From Chloroflexota bacterium (lineage in GTDB: Bacteria > Chloroflexota > Dehalococcoidia > Lucifugimonadales > GCA-2722455): a DNA stretch of 64,000 bases. The notes under the pieces were generated by a model that did not search any database, was not told the origin of the DNA, and saw only the letters and a list, made by a program, of their open reading frames with translations. Positions 1 to 8,568 of this stretch are shown here, piece after piece (the first letter of the stretch is position 1; each line of letters starts with the position of its first letter). The stretch spans positions 140,897-204,896 of the forward strand of contig PBMB01000017.1 of assembly GCA_002722455.1 (NCBI GenBank), given 5' to 3'. The position numbers and the translations under genes were made by a program.

Positions 1-1794
1 AAAGAAATAGATGCCCTGCATATACAAAAAGAATCTCACAAAAAAAATATTGGAAAATACCAAGAAACTATCGAAAGAAAAAAAGACATAGTTACAAACT
101 ATGAATCCTTACAAAGGTACAATAAAAAAGAAGAGGAGTTAAGTCAAAAAAGATTTGCTTATGATAAAAGCCTCCGACAAGTTGCTGTTATACGAGAAGA
201 AGTTGCACAAAAAAGAGGCGAGTTTTCTTCTTTACTTGAACATCTTCAAAAAACCAAAGAAAACGACTTACTTCCATCGCTTCAAAAGCTTCCATCTTTA
301 GAAAAAAGCATTGCACAGACCAATTCTTCTCTAATAACGCTTAACGACTCTTTCAAAAAACTATCTTCTTCCTTCCATTCTCAAATAGAAGAATTAGCGA
401 CGAAGTCTTTAAGCCTCGAGCTTGAAAATAAACATTATTTGTTAAAAATGGAAGATTCGCGTAAAAAATTTGATATGCTCGAAGGAAAAACGGCTATTTG
501 CCCACTGTGTGAAACCTCAATACGCCCCTCTGTTCGAAAATCATTACAAGACAATTATCGTTCTGACGGACACCAGTCTAGGGAGATTTTCAATAAAAAC
601 AAGAAAGAAAAAGAGAGGGTGGACATATTACAAAAATCACTTTCTGAGAATGTTAAAAAAGAAGAAGCCGAATACAGCCATAAGAAAAAGTTGCTGGAAC
701 AAAATTTAACCTCTTTAGAATCTGATGCTTTCAAAATCAACGAAAACAAGAGGTTGTTGTACCAAACAGAATCACAAATTGACGAAATTTCATCAAAATT
801 AAATAGCAACAGCTTTATGCCTCCCGCCTTATTATCCAAGCTAGAAACATTGGAAAATCAGCTTTCATCATTGAATTACAGTCAAGAAGAACACGAAAAT
901 ATAAGGTTGACACAAAAAAAACTGTCACCTTATTTTGAATTAAATCAAAAGCTTAATCAGTCGATAAGTGGAGTAAAATTCGAAAACGAAGCCCTGTCCA
1001 ATATCCATGGGCTTATAGATTCTCGAATTTCTCAACTAGATGAAAACAAAACACTTCTAAAAGAAAGCCTTTTAAAACTACCACAAATACCCGAGCTAAC
1101 AGAACATATATCAAAAAAACGTACGGCCCTTTCAGGTTTCGAGCAGGAACACCAACAAGCATCGGTTAAAAAAGAAGTTTTACTACAGAGAGAAAAACGG
1201 GTTTCGCTATTGAAAAAAAAGGCTTCTGCATTAAAAAAGGAATCTGCTAGCCTTATTAAAGAAAAGGAAATCTACGAAGAGCTCTCTATCATTTTCGGCA
1301 AGAATGGAATTCCTGCTATGTTAATTGAAACCGCGCTTCCACAATTAGAAATTGATGCAAATGATTTACTTTCTCGCTTAACTGACATGAGGTTATCAGT
1401 AAAGTTTGAATTCATTCAAGGAAAAATAGACCAAGGAAGCGGAATAGCCAAGGAAGAACTGATAATCAAGGTGGGTGATGAGCTAGGAACACGACCATAT
1501 GAATCATTTAGTGGCGGAGAGGCTTTTCGTATTGATTTTGCAATCCGAATAGCTCTTTCAAAATTGTTGGCTCGACGATCTGGAACACCCCTGCCTATTT
1601 TATTCATTGATGAAGGCTTTGGGTCGCAAGATGCAGCTGGACAAGAAAGAATCATCGAGTCAATCCAATCTATTCAAGATCAATTTGAAAAAATTCTAGT
1701 TATTACCCATATTGATCAATTAAAAGAGGCTTTTCCTTATCGAATTGAAGTTTTTAAAACTCTTAATGGTTCTTTATTTTCTATAGCTGGATAA
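1..1794 (+). CDS. sbcC: SbcC/Rad50-family double-strand-break repair ATPase, C-terminal ~598 codons (5' end lies outside the window)
   Basis: Frame 1 is open from base 1 into the listed ORF 439..1794, with no stop when translated by hand. Long K/E/L/Q-rich coiled coil. CPLC zinc hook at 499..510. ABC signature FSGGEAF, Walker B ILFIDEGFGSQD and H-loop VITHI near the C-terminus. Confidence 0.85.
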   Translation, partial: KEIDALHIQKESHKKNIGKYQETIERKKDIVTNYESLQRYNKKEEELSQKRFAYDKSLRQVAVIREEVAQKRGEFSSLLEHLQKTKENDLLPSLQKLPSLEKSIAQTNSSLITLNDSFKKLSSSFHSQIEELATKSLSLELENKHYLLKMEDSRKKFDMLEGKTAICPLCETSIRPSVRKSLQDNYRSDGHQSREIFNKNKKEKERVDILQKSLSENVKKEEAEYSHKKKLLEQNLTSLESDAFKINENKRLLYQTESQIDEISSKLNSNSFMPPALLSKLETLENQLSSLNYSQEEHENIRLTQKKLSPYFELNQKLNQSISGVKFENEALSNIHGLIDSRISQLDENKTLLKESLLKLPQIPELTEHISKKRTALSGFEQEHQQASVKKEVLLQREKRVSLLKKKASALKKESASLIKEKEIYEELSIIFGKNGIPAMLIETALPQLEIDANDLLSRLTDMRLSVKFEFIQGKIDQGSGIAKEELIIKVGDELGTRPYESFSGGEAFRIDFAIRIALSKLLARRSGTPLPILFIDEGFGSQDAAGQERIIESIQSIQDQFEKILVITHIDQLKEAFPYRIEVFKTLNGSLFSIAG

Positions 1795-1802
1795 TTTTCA
1801 CT

Positions 1803-2801
1803 ATGTCTCGACTTATTGCCTTTAACATTAAAACTGGACACGTTTCTATACTCGCCAAATCATTAAATCAATCACTGCCTAATTCTAGCGCTCGATTTAA
1901 CATCGGCTTATCTTTTGTTTGGAGCCTACATTACCACAAGCCTTCAAAGAATCTTTTAATGGTTGACCGTGTCCATGGAGTAATAATATTAAACCTTGTC
2001 ACTGGCTCTGAAAAAATCATCGGGGGAACAGTAGAAATGTCTACAAACCCAAACAGTCAATATGAAAAACATTCTATTTTTTCAAGGCCTCATGGTATTT
2101 GTATAAAACCTAACGGCAACATCATAGTTGCAGACACATCCAACCACATGGTGAAAGAAATAAACTCGGAAACGTTTTCTGTTAAAGTGCTGGCAGGTAA
2201 AAGAAAACCTGGATTTTCAGGAGACGGAAATCCTAGTGAGCGTTCTATGCTTGCCAGCCCTCACGATGTTGCGTCAAATAAACACGGAGAGGTATTTATA
2301 GCTGATACAGCAAATCACAAAATCCGTAAAATTGACAGTCTTGGGATAATTAATACCATTGTAGGAAACACCAATAGCCAAAATATCCTCACGAAAGACC
2401 CAAGTGTTCCACTAAAATCTTCCTTAAGGTCTCCTCATTCTATCTCTTTTGACAACAATTCTTGTCTGCTAATTTCCGACACACTTAACAATCGGGTTTG
2501 TCGTGTCAATTTTCTTAAAAACACCTTTGAAACAATTGCAGGAAAATTATTAAACGAAGAGAAAAAAGGACCTTGTGAAAATATTTATCCACACGGCACA
2601 GCTGTCGACCAAGAAAATAATCTTCTAATAGCCGACCGAGACAACAATAAAATTCGCTTTGTCAAAAATAACTCGTCTGTAATTGCCACCCTCATCGGTG
2701 AAACACCATCCGCAAAAATATTTTTTCCTCTTGATGCGCCTCAGGCTATAAGCACAGACTTAAAAGAAAATGTTTTTGTTATCGACTCAAAGAACTCTTA
2801 A
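1803..2801 (+). CDS. NHL-repeat beta-propeller protein
   Basis: 332 aa with repeated ~45-aa units ending in NHL-type motifs (ADTSNHMVKEI, ADTANHKIRKI, SDTLNNRVCRV, ADRDNNKIRFV). Starts 9 nt after the sbcC stop. No obvious signal peptide. Confidence 0.7.
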   Translation: MSRLIAFNIKTGHVSILAKSLNQSLPNSSARFNIGLSFVWSLHYHKPSKNLLMVDRVHGVIILNLVTGSEKIIGGTVEMSTNPNSQYEKHSIFSRPHGICIKPNGNIIVADTSNHMVKEINSETFSVKVLAGKRKPGFSGDGNPSERSMLASPHDVASNKHGEVFIADTANHKIRKIDSLGIINTIVGNTNSQNILTKDPSVPLKSSLRSPHSISFDNNSCLLISDTLNNRVCRVNFLKNTFETIAGKLLNEEKKGPCENIYPHGTAVDQENNLLIADRDNNKIRFVKNNSSVIATLIGETPSAKIFFPLDAPQAISTDLKENVFVIDSKNS

Positions 2802-5647
2802 TTAGTGTTAAATAAATATTTACCAGTAATTGATGCATTGTTTTTTTCAATTTCCTCTGGGGTGCCTTCTGCTATCACGTAGCCACCCATATCTCCAGGG
2901 CCAGGGCCCAGGTCAATTATCCAGTCTCCATTTTTTACAATCTCCATATTATGTTCAATCAGAACAACTGTGTTTCCTGAGTCTACCAGTCGATGTAATA
3001 CATTCAATAAATACTCGCAATCTTGAAAAGAAAGTCCTGTTGTTGGTTCGTCTAAAACATACAAGGTTTTACCTGTGCCTCTACGTGAAAGCTCTGTAGA
3101 CAGCTTGACTCTTTGCGCCTCTCCTCCACTTAAATGGGTAGCAGGCTGGCCCAATCGAATATACCCTAAGCCAACATCAATCATTGTTTGTAGCTTTCTC
3201 TTTAGTAAAGGTATGTTTATAAAAAATTCATGCGCTTCAGCAACGCTCATATCTAAAATGTCTGCTATAGACTTACCCTTAAATAAAATTTCAAGTGCTT
3301 CGTGATTATACCTCTTTCCATTGCACGACTCACAGACTACGGTCACGTCAGGCATAAATTGCATCTCAATTGTAATGTGTCCCCCGCCTTCGCAAACTTC
3401 ACATCGCCCCCCTTTAACATTGAAAGAAAACCTCCCTGGCTTATATCCTCTAGAACGAGCTTCAGGCAAAGAAGAAAACAATTCTCTTATGGGGGTAAAT
3501 GCACCTGTATAGGTTGCTGGATTGCTACGCGGGGTTCTCCCTATTGGTGACTGGTTAATATTGACTATTTTATCTATGTTTTCTATTCCTTTTATCTCGT
3601 CACATTCTCCAGGTTTTTGACGCGAACCATTCATGATTTCTGCTAACCCTTTGTATAAAACCTCGTTAATTAGGGTGCTTTTACCTGAACCCGAAACCCC
3701 TGTCACACACACAAACAACCCTAAGGGGATATTTATTTGAACATTTTTTAAATTGTTTTCCCTTGCTCCAAAAACTTGTATGGATTGACCGTTTCCTGTT
3801 CTTCTTTCCTTAGGAAAAGGAATTGTTTTTTTCCCAGACAAATATTGAGCCGTAATGGACTTCTTGTTTTTCAGGACTTCTGACGTACTTCCATGCGCAA
3901 CGACCTCTCCCCCGCCTTCTCCGGCTTTTGGCCCCAAATCTACAATATAATCAGCTGATCGCATAATAAACGCATCATGTTCGACAACCAATACTGTATT
4001 TCCTAAATTTTTTAAACCTAGCAACGTTTTAACTAAACGATCATTATCTACAGGATGAAGTCCAATAGAAGGCTCATCACATACATACATAACTCCTGTG
4101 AGGGCTGAGCCTATTTGTGTAGCAAGCCGAATCCTTTGTACTTCCCCTCCGCTTAAAGACCCTGTTTCTCTTTGTAACGATATGTACCCAAGCCCAATGT
4201 CATCCAAAAACTTCATTCTGGAAGAGATCTCTTCCAGAATAGGCCCTCCAATCATAAGCTCTCTTTGATTTAAGCTTTTCTTTTTTGAAGTTTTTTTAAC
4301 CCCTTGTAATCCATCAACCCATTCTAAAATAAAACCAATAGAGCTGTTCGATACATCCATAATGTTCCGACCAGCTACTGTTACTGACAATGCCTCTTTA
4401 CGCAATCTTCTTCCATTACAAAGAGAACAAGGAACAGACCGCATATACCTTGCAATTTCGGTTCTTCTGTAGCTAGAGGCAGTTTCAAGGTATAGCCTTT
4501 GGAGGTTGTTGATAACTCCTTCAAAGGCATTGTTCCACGTACTTACCCTTCCCGCCTTACTTATATAGTTTATTTCAATTGTCTCGCCATTAGTTCCAAA
4601 AAGAATCTTTTTTTTCTGCGTTTCTGTAAGTTCAAAAAAGGGTGTGTCAAGAGAAAATTTATACTTCTTTGACAAAGCTTCAAAAACACTTTTGGATATA
4701 GTCATTCTGCCCCGCCTACCCCATGGGCGAATTGCACCGCCAGATAGAGATAACGAGGTGTCTGGAACTACTAACTCAGGGTCTACCTCAAGGCGGGCCC
4801 CTAATCCACTACAGTCAGAACACGCACCAATGGGACTATTAAAACTAAAAAGACGAGGTTCTAAGTTAAGAAAAGCGGTTCCACAGTAAGCACACCCAAA
4901 ATCTTCAGAAAAAACTACATCTTCATGGTCCTTAACAGAAACCTTAACGGCTCCTTCGGCAAGCTTCAATGCGGCCTCAACCGAATCGGCTATTCTTGTT
5001 CTGTCTGCAGAGTTATTTGACACAACAACCCGATCTACCACCACGTCTATATCGTGCCATTTTTTCTTGTCAAGTAAAATGTTTTCAGAAATATCTTGGA
5101 CCTTGCCGTCAATTTTGACCCTAACAAAGCCTGTTTTTTTAATACGAGACAAAACCTCTCTGTGTTCTCCTTTTCTGTGACGAATTATCGGTGCTAATAT
5201 TTGTACCCGAGCCCCTTCAGTATTTTTTAAAACTGCATCGGTAATTTGGTCCACCGTTTGTTTTTTCACAACCCTCCCACATTTTGAACAATGCGGAACT
5301 CCAATCCTGGCAAACAATAAGCGCAGGTAATCGTATGCTTCTGTTACAGTTCCTACTGTAGACCGAGGGTTTTGTGAGGCTCCTCTTTGATCAATTGAGA
5401 TTGCCGGAGATAGTCCTTGTATATTATCAACTGCTGGTTTTTTCATGCGTCCCAAAAACTGCCTAGCATAAGAAGATAATGATTCAACATATCTTCTTTG
5501 GCCTTCAGCATAAAGAGTGTCAAAAGCCAATGAGCTTTTGCCAGAACCTGAAACTCCAGTTATAACAACAAGCTGATTGCGAGGTATTTTGATTGACACA
5601 TTTTTCAGATTATGCTCTCGTGCCCCTTGAATCCAAATATAGTCCAT
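2798..5647 (-). CDS. uvrA: Excinuclease ABC subunit A
   Basis: 949 aa. Two ABC modules (Walker A GVSGSGKSSL and GVSGSGKSTL, two LSGGE signatures). UvrA zinc modules (CSKCGR, CAYCG..CSDCSG, CEVCEG..CESCNG). N-terminus MDYIWIQGAREHNLKN is typical of UvrA. Confidence 0.97.
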   Translation of the reverse strand: MDYIWIQGAREHNLKNVSIKIPRNQLVVITGVSGSGKSSLAFDTLYAEGQRRYVESLSSYARQFLGRMKKPAVDNIQGLSPAISIDQRGASQNPRSTVGTVTEAYDYLRLLFARIGVPHCSKCGRVVKKQTVDQITDAVLKNTEGARVQILAPIIRHRKGEHREVLSRIKKTGFVRVKIDGKVQDISENILLDKKKWHDIDVVVDRVVVSNNSADRTRIADSVEAALKLAEGAVKVSVKDHEDVVFSEDFGCAYCGTAFLNLEPRLFSFNSPIGACSDCSGLGARLEVDPELVVPDTSLSLSGGAIRPWGRRGRMTISKSVFEALSKKYKFSLDTPFFELTETQKKKILFGTNGETIEINYISKAGRVSTWNNAFEGVINNLQRLYLETASSYRRTEIARYMRSVPCSLCNGRRLRKEALSVTVAGRNIMDVSNSSIGFILEWVDGLQGVKKTSKKKSLNQRELMIGGPILEEISSRMKFLDDIGLGYISLQRETGSLSGGEVQRIRLATQIGSALTGVMYVCDEPSIGLHPVDNDRLVKTLLGLKNLGNTVLVVEHDAFIMRSADYIVDLGPKAGEGGGEVVAHGSTSEVLKNKKSITAQYLSGKKTIPFPKERRTGNGQSIQVFGARENNLKNVQINIPLGLFVCVTGVSGSGKSTLINEVLYKGLAEIMNGSRQKPGECDEIKGIENIDKIVNINQSPIGRTPRSNPATYTGAFTPIRELFSSLPEARSRGYKPGRFSFNVKGGRCEVCEGGGHITIEMQFMPDVTVVCESCNGKRYNHEALEILFKGKSIADILDMSVAEAHEFFINIPLLKRKLQTMIDVGLGYIRLGQPATHLSGGEAQRVKLSTELSRRGTGKTLYVLDEPTTGLSFQDCEYLLNVLHRLVDSGNTVVLIEHNMEIVKNGDWIIDLGPGPGDMGGYVIAEGTPEEIEKNNASITGKYLFNTN

Positions 5648-5717
5648 TATGGTAACCTAAATCAAAAAAATGACTAAACCAAAGCTAGGATTTCTATAAA
5701 ACAAACCCACCTTAGTA

Positions 5718-5747
5718 TTGATATCTCATTAAAACATAAAGTATACT
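5718..5747 (+). promoter_or_regulatory. Candidate sigma70-type promoter of rpsU (-35 TTGATA 5718..5723, 18-nt spacer, -10 TATACT 5742..5747)
   Basis: Hexamers and spacing were read directly from the sequence, about 55 nt upstream of the rpsU start. The region is AT-rich, so a chance match is possible. Confidence 0.4.
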
Positions 5748-5803
5748 TAATTTCTAACCCAAAGCATTAATGCTTGTTTTATTTTTATTTTAGGAGCAGA
5801 TAA

Positions 5804-5998
5804 TTGCCTTACGTTAATTTACGAGACGGAGAAGACATAGAAGGATTACTTAAACGTTTTCAATCATCTATGCAAAGATCTGGCATCCTCCGTGAGCTAC
5901 GAAATCGACGGTTTTTTCGATCAAAGAGCGAACAAGACAGAATGGACAAGGCTAGAAACGTTCGGCGCGCTAGAAGACGACAAACATTAGGTCATTAG
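5804..5998 (+). CDS. rpsU: 30S ribosomal protein S21
   Basis: 64-aa basic protein MPYVNLRDGEDIEGLLKRF...RRFF.SKSE...RRARRR. TTG start with AGGAG (5792..5796) 7 nt upstream. Confidence 0.9.
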   Translation: MPYVNLRDGEDIEGLLKRFQSSMQRSGILRELRNRRFFRSKSEQDRMDKARNVRRARRRQTLGH

Positions 5999-6008
5999 TT
6001 ATATATAT

Positions 6009-7298
6009 CTACCAGAGTCGCAACGACTCTGAAAACAATAACTCTAGTTCTTTTTCCCCAACAGGCTTTGGGGACAACCCAAGAACCCTTTGCTGTGGCA
6101 GTGTGTTTTTTACGAATAAAGGCACATCTTTTTCAGAATAACCCACCGCAGACAAGCCATTCGGCATATCGAGCCGTTTCATAAGTTTAATTATTGCTTT
6201 AGCTAAGGCTTCTCCTGCATCTTCTTTATTTTTTACAACCTCTCCCATAATATTCGCCGCTCGTTCATGTCTGTCTAGATTGCTGTCTGCAGTAAACCGG
6301 AATACAGCTGGAGCATTAAGTATTACAGCCATTCCGTGTGGCACTATAGCATTATTTTCATACCCTTTGGGGCTATAGTTTCTCACCATTCCTGAAACAG
6401 GGTACGACATACCATGTGGCAAGTGACAACCTGCGTTTCCAAAGCCTATTCCTGCTATAGTTGCAGCAAGCATCATTTGGCTTCTTGCAAAGTCATTTTG
6501 AGGGTTCGTTACGGCTGTATACATATTTTTTGCAACCATTTCAATTGCCTTGAGGGCCCATACATCACTAACAGGGTTCGACCCTTGGTAAGAAGGTCTT
6601 TCAACTGGACTGGATGGAGACACTCTCTTGTCAAAAGGCAAAGCAGTATATGACTCTAGCGCGTGTGATAAAACATCAAACCCGCTTGCCGCAGCAACCA
6701 TTGGTGGCAGTGTTTTTGTATGGTTAGGGTCTACAATGCCCAAAACTGGACGAAGTTCTCGACTTGAAATGCCAGTTTTTGTGCTCATTTCTAAGAAGTC
6801 AAAAATAGCAACTCCTGTGGTTTCGCTACCAGTTCCTGCAGTTGTAGGAATTGCAAATAAAGGCTTACACATGCCGGGCACCGGGGCCCCTTTCCCCACA
6901 GGCCTATTCACATAAGTCAAGAATTCTGCAGGATACGTAGAGTATAGATTTGCTGCTTTGGCAGTATCTATTACCGACCCTCCCCCAACTGCAACAAACC
7001 CATCAAAAGAGCCAGATCGTGCAAATTCTGCTGCAGCCATAAAGCTCTTATCTGTAGGCTCTACTTCCGCATTGTTATATAGTGTTACTTTAATTGATTC
7101 TCGTGTTAGGGATTCAATAGACTGTTCAACCGGCAAAAGCTTTGCGATTCTTTTATCAGTTATCAATACAACGTTACGACAACCTCTTCTTTTTACTTCA
7201 TACCCAAGTTCTGCAGTTGCACCTTCGCCAAACTTAATAGCAGAAGCCTCTAATGAAATAATAGTCTCTAAGTCAACACCAGATTGCATTTTAATCAC
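6009..7298 (-). CDS. Iron-containing (group III) alcohol dehydrogenase family protein, hydroxyacid-oxoacid transhydrogenase-like
   Basis: 429 aa. Fe-ADH motifs AVGGGSVIDTAKAA and the histidine clusters HALESY, CHLPHGMSY and VPHGMAV. The HOT/ADHFE1-like subfamily call is inference from overall resemblance. Confidence 0.75.
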   Translation of the reverse strand: MIKMQSGVDLETIISLEASAIKFGEGATAELGYEVKRRGCRNVVLITDKRIAKLLPVEQSIESLTRESIKVTLYNNAEVEPTDKSFMAAAEFARSGSFDGFVAVGGGSVIDTAKAANLYSTYPAEFLTYVNRPVGKGAPVPGMCKPLFAIPTTAGTGSETTGVAIFDFLEMSTKTGISSRELRPVLGIVDPNHTKTLPPMVAAASGFDVLSHALESYTALPFDKRVSPSSPVERPSYQGSNPVSDVWALKAIEMVAKNMYTAVTNPQNDFARSQMMLAATIAGIGFGNAGCHLPHGMSYPVSGMVRNYSPKGYENNAIVPHGMAVILNAPAVFRFTADSNLDRHERAANIMGEVVKNKEDAGEALAKAIIKLMKRLDMPNGLSAVGYSEKDVPLFVKNTLPQQRVLGLSPKPVGEKELELLFSESLRLW

Positions 7299-7533
7299 TT
7301 AATGAGCTAACCACCAAGCATGTAACAGTACGAACAATCCCATTAATTGTATGTATTTTTTGACTAACTATATGCCCTACAGTGTTCAGGTCTGGAGCAT
7401 TGACCACCGTAATAATGTCGTAGGGCCCAGTAACTGAGTCAACTGTTATAACGCCATCTACTGCGTCTAATTGTTCTGTAACCTGTCTTGACTTGCCTAC
7501 AGCTGTTTCAATTAAAACATATGCTTTTGTCAT
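7291..7533 (-). CDS. Stand-alone Lrp/AsnC-type ligand-binding (RAM) domain protein
   Basis: 80 aa. Pattern AYVLIE...V...L....V..V..VTGPYDII..V.A.D...V..IV...I..I.GI..T.T matches an AsnC C-terminal domain with no HTH. Its stop region overlaps the Fe-ADH start by 8 nt. Confidence 0.7.
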   Translation of the reverse strand: MTKAYVLIETAVGKSRQVTEQLDAVDGVITVDSVTGPYDIITVVNAPDLNTVGHIVSQKIHTINGIVRTVTCLVVSSLSD

Positions 7534-7621
7534 AAGAAGGACTCCTTGGAATTTTTGAAACTCAAAATTTATACAAAAGTTTAAGCCCGTAACATGTCAA
7601 AAGTCAAATCAAAATAAATCA

Positions 7622-7650
7622 TTGAGTATGTATAACCGAAATGATAATAT
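7622..7650 (+). promoter_or_regulatory. Candidate promoter of the PhyH-family gene (-35 TTGAGT 7622..7627, 17-nt spacer, -10 TAATAT 7645..7650)
   Basis: Read directly from the sequence. GGAGG lies 5 nt before the ATG at 7697. AT-rich context, so only moderate support. Confidence 0.35.
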
Positions 7651-7696
7651 GAACAACTAATTACCAACTTGCTAAACTTAGTATAGTGGAGGCAAT

Positions 7697-8548
7697 ATGT
7701 CACAAAAACATAAAGACCTACGCGTAGACGATAGAGATTGGACTAAATTAACATTTGGAGAACAAGTCAAAATGCTTGAAGTTGAAGGTTATTTAGTATT
7801 GCCAGGTGTAATTAGCGAGTCCAAAATCAAAGCGTTACAAGGTCAGCTTAGAGGCGTAAGAACCAAAGGTACTGATTACTCGGAAAGACAAAGGAACTCT
7901 TCCGACATTGCATTCTTAGGAGGTGAAATTACAAATTTAATTGCTAACCCTCCAACCACATCTTTTCTGGAAAGACTCTTTGGGGATGACTTAGTTTTGA
8001 TGAGTTATGTTTACGCACGATCTGAACCTGGGCACCCAGGTATGGCGCTTCACACAGACGGGCAACCCTGGGGCTCTGAAATTTTTGGTTATGAAGGAAG
8101 TTGTCCTGTTCTAATCAGGGTATTAAATTATTTGGAAGATTTAACTTTGGATGTTTCGCCTTTTCGGGTAATACCTAAATCACATTTAAGTTTACATTCC
8201 GAGGGCAATCCCTATCTGAGATATGAAAGTCATCCCGATGAAGTAAAAGTTCCCTTAAAAGCAGGTTCAGCAGTACTATTGAACCACAAAACATTTCACG
8301 GAAATTATCCAAATACTGGGGACTATACACGTGAATTGTTAGCTATTGCATACAGGCCACAGTGGGGCGGCCCTATCAAAGAGGTCGAAAACTTCCCTAA
8401 GGAACAAGTTGAACAATTACCCGATAATATTAAAGTTTTTTTTAAAGATAAAAATTCCCGTAAAGGAGATTTTTTTGGAGGCAATAAACCTAAGGGCATG
8501 AAATCCGAAGCTCCTGGTATTAACGTAAACCGCTGGCTACAAAAGTAA
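7697..8548 (+). CDS. Phytanoyl-CoA dioxygenase (PhyH) family Fe(II)/2-oxoglutarate-dependent oxygenase
   Basis: 283 aa. HxD facial-triad motif (LHTDGQPW), distal His (HKTFHGNYPN) and overall PhyH-like layout. Confidence 0.7.
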   Translation: MSQKHKDLRVDDRDWTKLTFGEQVKMLEVEGYLVLPGVISESKIKALQGQLRGVRTKGTDYSERQRNSSDIAFLGGEITNLIANPPTTSFLERLFGDDLVLMSYVYARSEPGHPGMALHTDGQPWGSEIFGYEGSCPVLIRVLNYLEDLTLDVSPFRVIPKSHLSLHSEGNPYLRYESHPDEVKVPLKAGSAVLLNHKTFHGNYPNTGDYTRELLAIAYRPQWGGPIKEVENFPKEQVEQLPDNIKVFFKDKNSRKGDFFGGNKPKGMKSEAPGINVNRWLQK

Positions 8549-8568
8549 GTTCTAATCAATATGCTCCG

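Noticed and set aside
2585-2593. A perfect consensus DnaA box TTATCCACA inside the NHL-repeat gene.
   Set aside because: It is a single isolated copy inside a coding region, 13 kb from dnaA. About 0.5 occurrences of any given 9-mer are expected by chance in 64 kb on both strands.
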